Source: Octopus vulgaris
Lineage: Eukaryota
DNA: 64,000 nt
Direction: 5' to 3'
Assembly (NCBI GenBank): GCA_951406725.2
Contig: OX597825.1
Span: 44,268,001 to 44,332,000 of the forward strand
The notes below the pieces were generated by a model. The model had not been told where the DNA came from. It made no database searches and saw nothing but the letters and a program-made list of their open reading frames with translations. Both the position numbers and the translations under genes were made by a program. Position 1 is the stretch's first letter. Each line of letters opens with the position of its first letter. Positions 53,183 to 64,000 of the stretch are shown here, one piece after another.

Positions 53183-53243
53183 TTATCACTGACGAAGAGA
53201 AAATTCTTATGAATTAACTCTGAAATCAGGGCCGATATGATAA
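53183..53243 (+). ncRNA. Type I hammerhead ribozyme motif
   Basis: ttatca-CTGACGA-agag..aattc-ttat-gaatt..ctct-GAAA-tc-agggcc-ga-TA-tgataa. Predicted cleavage after 53237. Confidence 0.82.
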
Positions 53244-53472
53244 TAACGGAATTTTTTTAGAAATTTTTGTCGGCTTACTTCGAGAGACGTGCTTATAGTG
53301 ATGAATTATATGGTTATTGACGATTGTGTCTATTTTCGGCATATTTGGCATTAGAATGTTTTCTTTTACCCTTGTTTATAAGTTGTTTATAAATTTAACC
53401 TTTAAAGATATTTTTTATATGCTGGCCATTGATAGAATTTTTTTCGAAAATTTTTATTCTATATTAGATATA

Positions 53473-54495
53473 TCTCTATATATATAAAACTGAGAATGTG
53501 TGTCTGTCTGTCTGTCAGTCTGTCTGTTTCCCTAAAACTTGAGAACTACACAACCAATTTCATTCAAATTTTACACATGCCTTACTTAGGGTTCATGTAG
53601 TTTCATGGGCAAAAAAATGTTCAACTTCTTGCCTAGGGCGAGCCCATAGCAATATCATATCTTCTCCACCATTTCAGTATTACGTGTTAAAAGTGAAACA
53701 AAAACATTTCTCTATTTTATGTCAGATACTTTCACTTTAACAATAAAAATTAGAGATAATAATAACAATTGAATTATATGTAGTAAGTAATAATTAAAAT
53801 CAAACTAAAGTATAATATAATCGTAACATAACAAAAGTAAAAATAGCAATTGGTATAAAATTGCATCAATGACTTGAACTTGAATAAGTGGTTTCACATG
53901 AATGGGAATAAGTTAAAAATAAAATTAATGCGTAGAAATGGAATAGTCCATTAAATTAAAGAAAAGACTATTGTCTATAAAGTATACAATTTAGAGAAAA
54001 AAAAAAGATTTGAACACCTGAAGGAAAGCACCATCGAAAAGTGTCTTGGTCCGACTATGAAAAAGATATCAAGTATCTAACCAGAGGCGGTAAATTCGCC
54101 ACAATAGAAGCAAGGTTCGAGTCAACGGAGCGTGCAAGGGAGTACTCGACTCGAACCTTGCAAAGTGGAAATATTTTATTTTTACCTTTATATCTGGGAC
54201 GTAGGACGTCCCGAATAAAAATTTAAAATGTCCCCCCAGAAGTAGAGGTAGGCTGGATTGTAGCCACACTTCTATACAAGAGGGAGGACAAGATACAATT
54301 GATCGAAATTGCAAGAGACGGGCCTACAATTCCAGTCTGTTATCTATTTTGAGTATTGTTATCACTAGCGATATCAAGATATAACTTTGTATTTTGTATT
54401 TTATGTGTAGATGTATATATATATATGTACACATATATATACACATATATACATGTACTAGCACTATGACCCGGCGACGCCGGGTCATAATGCTA

Positions 54496-54496
<1 letters not shown>
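53473..54496 (+). mobile_element. Non-autonomous Helitron-like element
   Basis: 5' A|TCTCTATATATATAAA followed by (CTGT)n. 3' GC hairpin cccggcg-a-cgccggg plus CTAG|T. It is uncertain whether both ends belong to one copy. Confidence 0.7.
53965..54325 (+). pseudogene. L1/Tx1-type ORF1 fragment
   Basis: KTIVYKVY..IKYLTRGGKFATIEARFESTERAREYSTRTLQSGNILFLPLYLGRRTSRIKI*NVPPEV, similar to the ORF1 at 15600-15800. Confidence 0.65.
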
Positions 54497-54551
<55 letters not shown>

Positions 54552-54559
54552 CCACAAAA

Positions 54560-55110
54560 GAAGCGCAAGACGTGTGTGACTGTGAAATATGTTTTAATTT
54601 CATTATGTCAGAGATAAATTTTGATAAAATGATAAAATCAATTTCTTGGATGCACTTTCATCACAGTCTATGAGTCGTTATTATGTGTTCTGATAGCAGG
54701 CAGATTGTAAGGCGTTGCATGTTCAATACCATATATGCCCTCCCTGGGTATTCAAAACGGCCATACACCGTCGGTACATAGAGTGCATGTGGCGGTTCAC
54801 AAAAGCCATTGGCACCTATGCCCATACCCTCAGAAGAGCTGTCTCCTGTTCCACACGAGTTGTTAGCCTTGAGAATACCTGGTTCAACCGTCTCTGGATT
54901 TCATTCCATAGGTGTTCCAGTCCGAGTTGAGAGTCGGCCACGGTATGGTTCTGATGTTGTGCTGACGAAAGAAGTCCATTGTGACCCTGGCAGTGTTGGG
55001 GGGAGCATTGTTCTACTGGAGCACGTGGCTATGGTGACGCGAGAAGAAGAGCACGATGTGAGATCTTAGGATTTAGTCAACGCAGCGCTGCGCTGTGATG
55101 CCATTCTCTC
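54560..55110 (-). mobile_element. Tc1-like transposase 3' relic
   Basis: LQ*NNAPPNTARVTMDFFRQHNIRTIPWP and SMYRRCMAVLNTQGGHIWY. Confidence 0.8.
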
Positions 55111-55431
55111 TACCTACACCAACATTTTGGAACACATGGGGCCCAATTTTCTGATTCAGGCTTATAGCACCTTAAACCATGATGTTTGGCCACCACACGC
55201 GTCTCTCTCCATGACACATGCGTTTCTGTAGCGTTTACCCTTCCTACGCCACACCTCACTCCGCCATCCGTCTCTCTTTCGGGGATTTTAATTGTTATAA
55301 TTTTCATTTTTATTCTTTATTTACACGTTTCAATCCCACTCTAGTTGTATCATGTACCGTCCCCAGTCTTTTTATATGAACCATCAGTGGTTAATAAAGA
55401 AACTATCATCAGCAGCAGCAGCAACATCGAT

Positions 55432-55600
55432 AAGGCGGCGAGCAACCAGAATCGTTAGCTCTCTTGGGGAAAAGGCTCAGCGGCATTTCCTTCGTTTTTA
55501 TGTTCTGAGTTCAAATTCAATTAAGGCCGACATAACGTTTCATTCTTTTGAGGTCGATAAAATAAGTGCCAATCACATACAGAGGTCAATGTAATCGACT
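55432..55600 (+). mobile_element. Old SINE family A copy
   Basis: aaggcggcgagc...gttctgagttcaaatt...gaggtcgataaaataagt. Another decayed copy lies on the minus strand at ~58105-58275. Confidence 0.7.
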
Positions 55601-55649
55601 TTTCTTTCTCTTTGTCTACCTGCTCAGATATGACCTGCGCCAAACGTTC

Positions 55650-57950
55650 TTTTCCAATGAGTCCACAACTTCGTCAGATCGTCCAAGTCCTTTTAGCACT
55701 TCAGACTTATTGACAATGCCGTTATGAATCTCACTGCCAATATAGGAGTAGTGTCAGCAACCCGTAACATAGGCAGACGTATTGGAATCCTCCATGAAGC
55801 CAACGATATTTGTCTTGACTCAAGATACACTAAAGCCAAGTGGTTCTGTTTCCAAATTCAGTGAAAGGAGAACGCTCCTTAAGACATCCCGGGACTCAAC
55901 AAGAATAACTGCGCCATCAGCAAAATCTAGGTCTGCAATCCTAGTTTCACCAATGAATGCACCCCAGCTCAATCGAATCACTGTTTGGCAAAGTATCCAA
56001 TCCATACAGGCATTGTACGGAGAGGGAGCCAAGACACAACCCTGAAGGAGCCCAGATTTAACTGGGAAAAAGCTGTTGAACCTCAAATCTGAACTGCATT
56101 GACTGTTGCTGTGTACACAGCCATCGTCTGCACAATTATTAGAGGTGGTATACCTCGCAGCTTCAGGATTCCTAAAGCACATACCTGCCCACCGAGTCAA
56201 CTGCTTTGCGGAGGTCGACAGAGATTGCAAGCAGCCCCTGCTGAAAGCTCCGCTTGTGTTCAATGAGCACACGGAGAGCCAAGATTCTGTCAGTAGTTGA
56301 CCTCTTTTGCGTGAACCCCGACTACCCCTGCTGCTTAGATGCGAGAAGGTGATTTGGTACTCTGTTCAGGATGAGCCTGGAAAAGAGCTTACTGGACACC
56401 GAGAAAGTGTAACAGCTCCATAATTGTTACAATCGTAGCGGTCACTTTTACCTTCCGAGAGTGTTATAATTATACCCCTCTCCCAGCCAGGCGGTATGAT
56501 GCTGCTGCTCGAGATTGAGCAGACGATCTGCCGCAAGAACAAGATTGCTTCAGGCCCAATTTTCTTAATTATCTCCCCATGAGGGTTACAAATACCGGCT
56601 GCATTCCCGCCTTTCGGCTGATTTACCGCCGGCTTGATACTCACAGCAGTCAGAGAATACACTGCAACCGAGGAAATGACACCCAGAGAGTGTCAAATCC
56701 TCACCCACATAATACGCTCGTTGTCAGGTATTACATCTAATCACAGATGATTGGTTAGTTGGTCACGAGGGCTGAAGAAAACATAGTATGCAGCACGCAG
56801 TGGATCCACCTTATACAGCTCCTCAAAGTATGATACTCAACGACCCACCACCTTGGGCTCCTCCATCAAAAGTGTGCCATCAATGTCTAAAACCGTAGAA
56901 CACCGAGCGGGAGGCTTCATCCCATCTCCGAGTAATCGATCAATCTATAAGTAGTACATGTATCGGACGCATGAGGCCGACTCTTGACCTCATTACAGAT
57001 TTCTCAGACTTGCTTCTCTTTGTCAGACCTCAGTGATCTGACAACCACACATCTCAGCCCTGAAGTAGATCACCAAGGGCTCCACCCAGTTTCACTCAGT
57101 GTCTAACGTTCCATCAATGTGAAGGTCTCCCGCAGTCATCTACAAATACGTGTTCGATTTCTTTTATCACACTGCCAGTATTGGAATACGAAGTCCAGTG
57201 ATGCAACTCAGGACGCTTGTACCAGGAATCTGCAAAGCGAGGTCCATGGATTTTAGCAAGGCATTACACCACTTTTGTACCGGATACAAAAGGGCCAGTA
57301 ACGGTCTCGTATCTCGTTCTGTCAACTCCATTTGATGCATGGAAGTCTCTTATGACCAAGGACGTGTCTCTATTGGGGATACTTTCCAGGACAGGGTACA
57401 ATTAGATGTGGAATGTCTTCCTAACGACCTGTCCTTCACAGCGGTCAGAAAGTACACTGCAATCGAGGAAATGACACCCAGAAAATGTCAAATCCTCAGC
57501 CACATAATACGCTCGTTGTCAGGTGTTACATCTAATACCATTTGAACCAGCCAGTCGGCCACAGCAACTGCTATCTCATCGGCATGCCCTCAGAGTGCCT
57601 AAACCAATAGTTGGTATAACCACTGGTTGAGATGTCACCACCTCCTGGCTGACACACCTCTGATAGTGTCGCTACAGCAACTTGCAAACGGCTGAATTCC
57701 ATAGACATCAAGAGCAAACAAGAATCATCCCTCAGAGAGAGAACATTCTAGATCCCCATCCGAATAGACCTCCCCAGGTTGAACGGAGATTTCCCACTTT
57801 TGGCGGATGACGCCTTTGCATCACTCAAACGTCAACGTTCCAGCTCATCCTGTCTTTCAGGGTTTTCTCCGTACGGCGAATAAGGGTCCTGGCACATTTG
57901 TCCCTGTCGCTTCATACAGCGTGCCTTATAGGCAGTTGAGGTACTTTCTG
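55650..57950 (-). pseudogene. Heavily decayed RTE-like LINE
   Basis: SGLLQGCVLAPSPYNACMDWI, IADLDFADG, PGWERGIII, DCNNYG. APE-like remnants towards 57830. Confidence 0.8.
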
Positions 57951-59719
57951 AAAGAAAGAACTATGGGGCTTTGTTGATAGTGAGGGTTTTGCGAGGCTGG
58001 AATGCAGATACTACCTCAACCACTTTTAGTTGAAGAGACATTGTGTTTATTCTTTGGAATGCCAGCACACAGCACATTTAGGCAGAAGGCCAGTAATCTT
58101 AAGGGGAGTAGCCCAGTATTTTATTGGTACTTTACCTCAACGACTTCGCGAAGATGAAACGCACAGTTGAGCCTAGCGAGAATTGAACTCAGAGCACAAA
58201 GAGACGGAACGAATGTCGCAAAGCGATTACCACAAAACATTCTTTCTGACTCTCGTGATTTTGCTGATTTGCCACTTTTGCATTGATAAAATGTGACGGA
58301 ATTTGAACTCAGAGTATAGAGATATACAAGTAAATACTAAAAGACATTATATTTTGATATTATTTCATGCTTTTGATACCACCACCTTTAAAATATTAAT
58401 TTTAATATTTGTTTTATATTCCTGAAATGACAAGTTGAAGATTATGATATTGATAATGATAAACGAGAATTTTAAGTTTGTTACTACTGTCGAAATAGTT
58501 TGTGCGAACAATTAAGCTTTTTGTTTGATGTCAGTTTAGGAGCAATTTAATTTTGATATAATGTATAAAATCAAGAAAATATAACAAATCAAGTAGAAAA
58601 TAAACTTGCTAAATAAGCATACAAGGCATAAGAAAGTAAATAACATTTATACAAGAATGATTGAAAGAATATTTTATTGCCAACTTATTAGGTGGGTGCT
58701 AATCCATTTTAAGAACTCGTTTGTGTATTTTATATTTGACAGAAATCAGGCTGAACATTTTAAAAATCATTATATTCATTTGCTTGTTTAATTATATTGC
58801 AACTGTTATTGCTGTCATTCCCCCATATTATTGAGATTTATTATACTAAGATAAAATATTTAACATAGAAATACCTGGCTGGTTGAGATGGCTCACACAA
58901 CCCACTTACAATATTTATATAATTATATTTCTTTTAGGAAATCTTTTTGTTCTAGGATGAAGGCACAGAAATATTAATTGCTAATACTGCTAGAAATGTA
59001 ACACATAATGTTAAAAAACTTAAGTAAATATACAGTAGAAGTAAATATACAATTCATGAGGAACATAATAATGTGACAGCTTTTGAACATAAATATATTG
59101 CGCAGTTGTACAATAAAAAAAAGGTATACTAGTAAAGAAAGTTATACTAGTAAAAGAAAAAGGCAACTAGGACTTACAAATCAACTTCTGATCCAGAAAT
59201 ACAGATACAAAATTAAATTCTTGGTTTGGGCAGTATAAAATGCAAAGACAATAAATTATATAAATTATAAAAAACGTCGTTGAGACTGAGAATGAATTAT
59301 AACCTTATAGACGTCGCCTCTTATGTAAAAAGATGAACTCTTTATGAACGAACAATGCAAAACATTAGAAAATTCACATATTACAGAAAACGATCGCATA
59401 AATTCATAAAATGTTCAAGATAATGCACAGAAAAATGATGTGGATCAATAAACAACCTCGATTACATTGAGACGGAAAACTAAAATAAAATTCAAGTTAT
59501 GTATAACACAATTGATCAACATGTCTGACTTAGCGTTCAAAGATCACAACAGTTAGATGACACTAAATACTTTTCGATTCCCACAATGAAATCGAATTCA
59601 AAATCATAGTATTTGTGAGTTTATAATCTAACCCCCATAAATTCTTGCGAATCACAGAAAAACTGCCGAAATAGAACAAACAGAGTTTTAAAATAGATTT
59701 AGTCATTAGGAGGACAAGA

Positions 59720-60170
59720 AAAGGTAACTTTTATTGTATGTCTTGTATGTTCTAATGTTAAGTCGTATATCAATAAGCAACGGCTTAAGCCTGCCCCAGA
59801 TGCACATGTAGAGACAAATCTAAATGTCCTCTAGGACAGAGGTGCGATATATCTTCCATTGTTTATGAAACAAAGGTTTCAGGAAACTACGCACAATTAT
59901 CAAAATCGGAGCCATCTTTCGAATTTTAGGCACCGTGATAAGTGGCATTCAACAACGCTTTCGGCTTTAATCTGGAAGTTTAAAGACGAAGGGTCCAATT
60001 TCTATATCATATGGAAAATACCCTCTAAATCCGGACCCTAATGTGAACGGGTCTAGAAAATGCTCAGTCTGTTAGCTTGAAAAAACTGTATCTATTAAAA
60101 CACTTGAGAACATCCAACGAATACATAAATTCGAGGAACAAAGTTTCAAAAATACTTCTTGTCGAATTTA
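59720..60170 (+). pseudogene. PLE GIY-YIG endonuclease relic
   Basis: CTCRDKSKCPLGQRCDISSIVY, HLSNFRH..HSTTLSALIWKFK, RKCSVC*LEK; homologous to 22117-22530. Confidence 0.8.
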
Positions 60171-60495
60171 AAAAGAGATCACCTGACACACAGTAAACCA
60201 GTAACACGTGGTTTATGTTTTCCTGACATCGAATTATTGTAACATTAGTTATCTCCCTTGTGTTTTTCCTTTTGTATTCTTTACAAGCGTCTCTTGTTTA
60301 AACATTACCTGCTCAAAAAAAAAAAAAAAAACGCAACTGACAAACGATCTTGCTTTCAGCTTGATAAATGGCGGAATAAATTATTATCTCGACCAGGAAA
60401 CCCTGGGTAGTTATTTGCAAGATTTGTGGTTTCTAATTTAAGATTATCTTTACTGTCTTAACTGATCGAGTGCTTTTCTACTTGTTGAATAATTA

Positions 60496-60592
<97 letters not shown>

Positions 60593-60699
60593 CACACAAC
60601 CGAAAGAGCTATTAGTAGTTTCATGCTATTACGATACTTGAACAGGCATATTTATAAAATGCGCCATGTCTCTTAAAATTATATATATATATAAGGAAC

Positions 60700-62300
60700 T
60701 GGTCAGCATAGAAATAATGGCAACACATGGTGCTTCCATACTAGAAGTAACTTGGTAAGGCTTTACCTACATACGAAGGAAGGTGGAACGGGATTGGTTG
60801 AAGTAGAGGGTAGTATTAATAGTATTACAAAGGTGACCAAGTTCTTGCATGCCTATCTTAGAGACAGTGATGAAAGAAAGTTGCTGCTGTACTGAATGAG
60901 AAGGTGATGAGTGATACAAGGGTTAGCTGAAACGTTCATATGCTGACTATGAAGGAGTGATACTAGAGCTGTAATATCTTGCATTAATCTCTACACTTAT
61001 TAATTGATACCTGACTGATCAAAGAAGACTTTAAAAGTAACTTGTAGCGACTTCTCCTGTAAATGGACAAAATTCAAGTACCTGCAGAAAATAGAGTTTA
61101 GCTCCAACGACATTCATACTCATTTATACTGACATGATGGCTACATTAGATGAAGACGACCCAGCTTTATCAACAGTGCAAAAGTGGGCTACTGAATTTA
61201 AGAGGGGAAGGGAGAACCTTGAAGATGACCCAATGTCTGGACGTCCTGAAACTGCCATCACCGAGGAAAACATTGATCATATTCACAACATGCAGATGGG
61301 TGATGATTAACTATAAATCAAATAGCCAAAGTTATTAGTATATCCTGTGAGACAGTTGAAGATATTCTGCACGGCATGATGGAAGTTTCTTCTCGGTGGG
61401 TGCCACGTCTTCTGACACCCGATCAAAAGCATACAGGGCTGATCGCATCATGGGAAAATCTAACATTGTTTGAGGCAGGTCTAGCTGGTTACCTTGAACG
61501 TTTCCTGACCCAGGATGAGTGTTGGATTCATCGCTTAGAGACAAATACAAAGAGACAGTCCACATAATGGAAACACCCCTCCTACCCTGCTCCAAAAAAT
61601 GTCAAGGTTGTTTCATCTGAAGGAAGATGATGGCCTCAATTTTTGGAGGGTAAAAGACATTGTGTTTATTGACTAACTTCAAAAGAGTCACACCAACAAT
61701 GGAGAATACTGATCAACTTGCAGAGGCGGTCAAGAAAGGCTATCAAAGCCAAATGCCCGGGGAAACATGTTTCATAAGGACAATGCTCCAGCACAGAAGA
61801 ACTTGCTTTCAATTGCTGCTGTGCGTGCTTATGGTTTTAAACTGGTTCACTACCCTCCATATTGTCCTGATTTGGCACCGTCTGACTTACCATTTGTTTC
61901 CCAACATGAAACATATTTGGCCAGGTGATAGTATCACTTTGACGATGACGTCATATCCGTTGTTGATGACATTTTTGATCAAGGGGACGAAAGCACTGCA
62001 ACACTAATGGAAAAAGTATGTGGGCCGTAAAGGGGACTATGTAAGAAAATAGGCCTCATTTGATCACATTCCATGAGAGTATCTTGTTCAGTCTGTGAAC
62101 TTTACAGCCGATCTTCTTAATGATGAGAACCTCCAGGAGTACAAAATGAGGACTAATAAGGAAAAGAACATTAATTGGAAAGAGAAAGTTCAACAAACAT
62201 CAGATGAAGCTGGTAAAGAATCTTGAAGATGGTCGAAACATGTATTTTCCAGGAGATAGGATTGATCTTTGCTGCGCAAGAACAAACTTTATAAACCAGG
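60700..62300 (+). pseudogene. R4/Dong-type RT C-terminal fragment interrupted by a mariner
   Basis: RSNLVRLYLHTKEGGTGLVEV (60744-60806) and GLIFAAQEQTL*TR (62259-62300). Confidence 0.7.
60917..62117 (+). mobile_element. Decayed mariner transposon
   Basis: WVPRLLTPDQK, RFLTQDECWIH, PPYCPDLAPSD. Degenerate TIR-like ends near TA at 60915 and 62118. Confidence 0.85.
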
Positions 62301-62349
62301 TAGCCATTTACTTTGACCGTTAAAAAGATGTCATTCTACATTGTATCAA

Positions 62350-64000
62350 TCCAGCATCTAAAAACGGAATCGAAAGCCGCTGCCATGTCAACAGCCACCA
62401 AGTATTGATTCTCAACACTATCGTACCAACTTACAATCCGGGTCAAGGAAGATCGACCGTGCTTGAAGATCCAGGTTTTCCCTAACCAACACTGGCTCCC
62501 CGCCTACACTCCAAGTCGAGACAGAGATGCGTTGATCTCAAAGTTGTCAAGAATGTGGGCTAATGCGCGCTTGTCAGAAACCCTAGTTTCGCTGACAGCT
62601 ATGACGTCCAAACCTGGCGACCCGAGATTGTTGACCAAGCGACCTTGCTTCCATGTTGAATTTAGGCAACGTAAATTTATAGAACCTACTCTAAGAGAAA
62701 GGAAAGTGTGAGGTTACTTAACCTTCCGTTGATGTTGCAGAGCGGGTGACCCGACGTCCGAATCTCGGAACCCCCTTGCTGGCGGAAATGCTCCCAGATT
62801 TTGTACAATTGTAGTTTCTGTCGCACTACAAGTACTGGTATAATAACCTGCATACCCCACTCTCAATATCTTTGTTTCGTGTTATGAGGACCCTCAATTT
62901 TTCGTTTGCTCTCCTCAGTAGCACGAAATTTGGTTGACTGTTGCTGTTGCGCTAGGTTTCTTTTTGGGGTGAGGTGAGGTTAGTGGTGGTGGTGGTGGTG
63001 GTGATGCTGATGGTAGTAGCGGCGGTTGTGTTGGTGGTTTTTGGTCGGGTGGTGTTGGTGTTGTTTATAATGTGTCAATGTTTGTTGTGAGAATATTTCC
63101 TGTGTTTGCTGGTGTGTGTTGGAGTGAGGCCAGGTGATTTTTTGTTTCGCTTTTTGTTTATTTGGTTTTGGAGCTTGCCCCACGTCTTCACTTCGAGATG
63201 TGGAGAAGCCAGTGCCTGTGGAATCTTTTTCGGAGTGCGAGAATGTGTTTGTGTGCGAGTCTATATGTGAGTGTGTGTTTGAGAGAGAAAAGAGGGAGAA
63301 CTGGGTTGAAGGGCAGCCTGGGTGGGTCTTTCTTTTTTTCCTTCTTGTTGATGTTAGTGGTGACAATGGTGATGGTGTTTCGGGGCTGTTTTTGCTACTC
63401 TTACTGCTACTACCACTTTTGCTACAGCTTGTTTCTGGTCCTGCCATCGCAGATGAAGCTAAAGTTGCAAATGCCGGTACCTCCTCTGTAATTATTGATG
63501 TTATGGATTGTGCTGGAGTGACTTCCTCTTATGTTGCCCTGTCCACATTTTCTGTTGTTGCCGCACAATGTTTGCGTTGCTGTACGTATTGTTATTGCTG
63601 TTGTAGCGGCGGCTGTAGCAGCAGAGTTGGGACCCTTCTTTCTGCCATTTTGTTTTTCTTGGGTGGGCAGAACACCCATAGATGACCCATCACTCCACAG
63701 ACTTGACATTTCGGTTGTCTGACCCCCACAATGACTAGTAACTATGTTCCATTCGGCAGAGAGATCAGGCCTGAAATCTTCTCCAGCTAGACAGACTTTA
63801 CATGGAAAGACAGATCTATTGTGACCCCAGTCCAGTTCTTTCTCCTGGTTTTGGCGGCATCCCTTGTATAGTTGCATTCACACACTTCTTCCCAAACACG
63901 TAGGTAAGAGAACGAAGTTTCCATTGCGCCGAGCGGCCAACGAGAGCTGGACTACTAGGGTCTCAGTCTTGAATAAGGCTCTGATCCCACCGAACTACAT
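62350..64000 (-). mobile_element. L1/Tx1-type LINE: ORF1 with CCHC knuckle plus start of the ORF2 APE domain (continues off window)
   Basis: FVLLPTCLGR, PKCQVCGVMGHLWVFCP, a low-complexity ORF1 tail, then SLRVGSINLRCLNSTWKQGRLVNNL..LDVIAVSETR. Confidence 0.85.

Larger units (their letters stand above)
52873..53379. repeat. Fold-back element (~245-bp arms, 17-nt loop) with a hammerhead in each arm
   Basis: 52873-53117 is the reverse complement of 53135-53379. TA-rich flanks. Confidence 0.95.

Overview
This is AT-rich, microsatellite-dense animal DNA with no host exon I can support. The SINE types and the (TA/CA/TACA/TAA)n density suggest an octopus or other coleoid genome, but that is an inference. 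Almost all identifiable sequence is transposon-derived: CR1, RTE, L1/Tx1 and R4/Dong LINEs, Penelope-like elements (PLE), three tRNA-SINE families, mariner/Tc1, hAT and Helitrons. Most short ORFs in the track are microsatellite or antisense artefacts. The most interesting signals are non-coding RNA structures. (1) Six fold-back elements lie next to (TA)n tracts, and three of them carry recognisable type I hammerhead ribozyme motifs from different families. (2) An HDV-like ribozyme fold sits at the 5' end of a near full-length RTE and of a 550-bp non-coding derivative. (3) A 357-bp unit with a 65-bp terminal repeat carries decayed hammerhead-like motifs. (4) SINE concatemers at two loci share identical junctions. 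All translations, alignments and folds were done by eye; no ribozyme activity is demonstrated, and relic boundaries are approximate.
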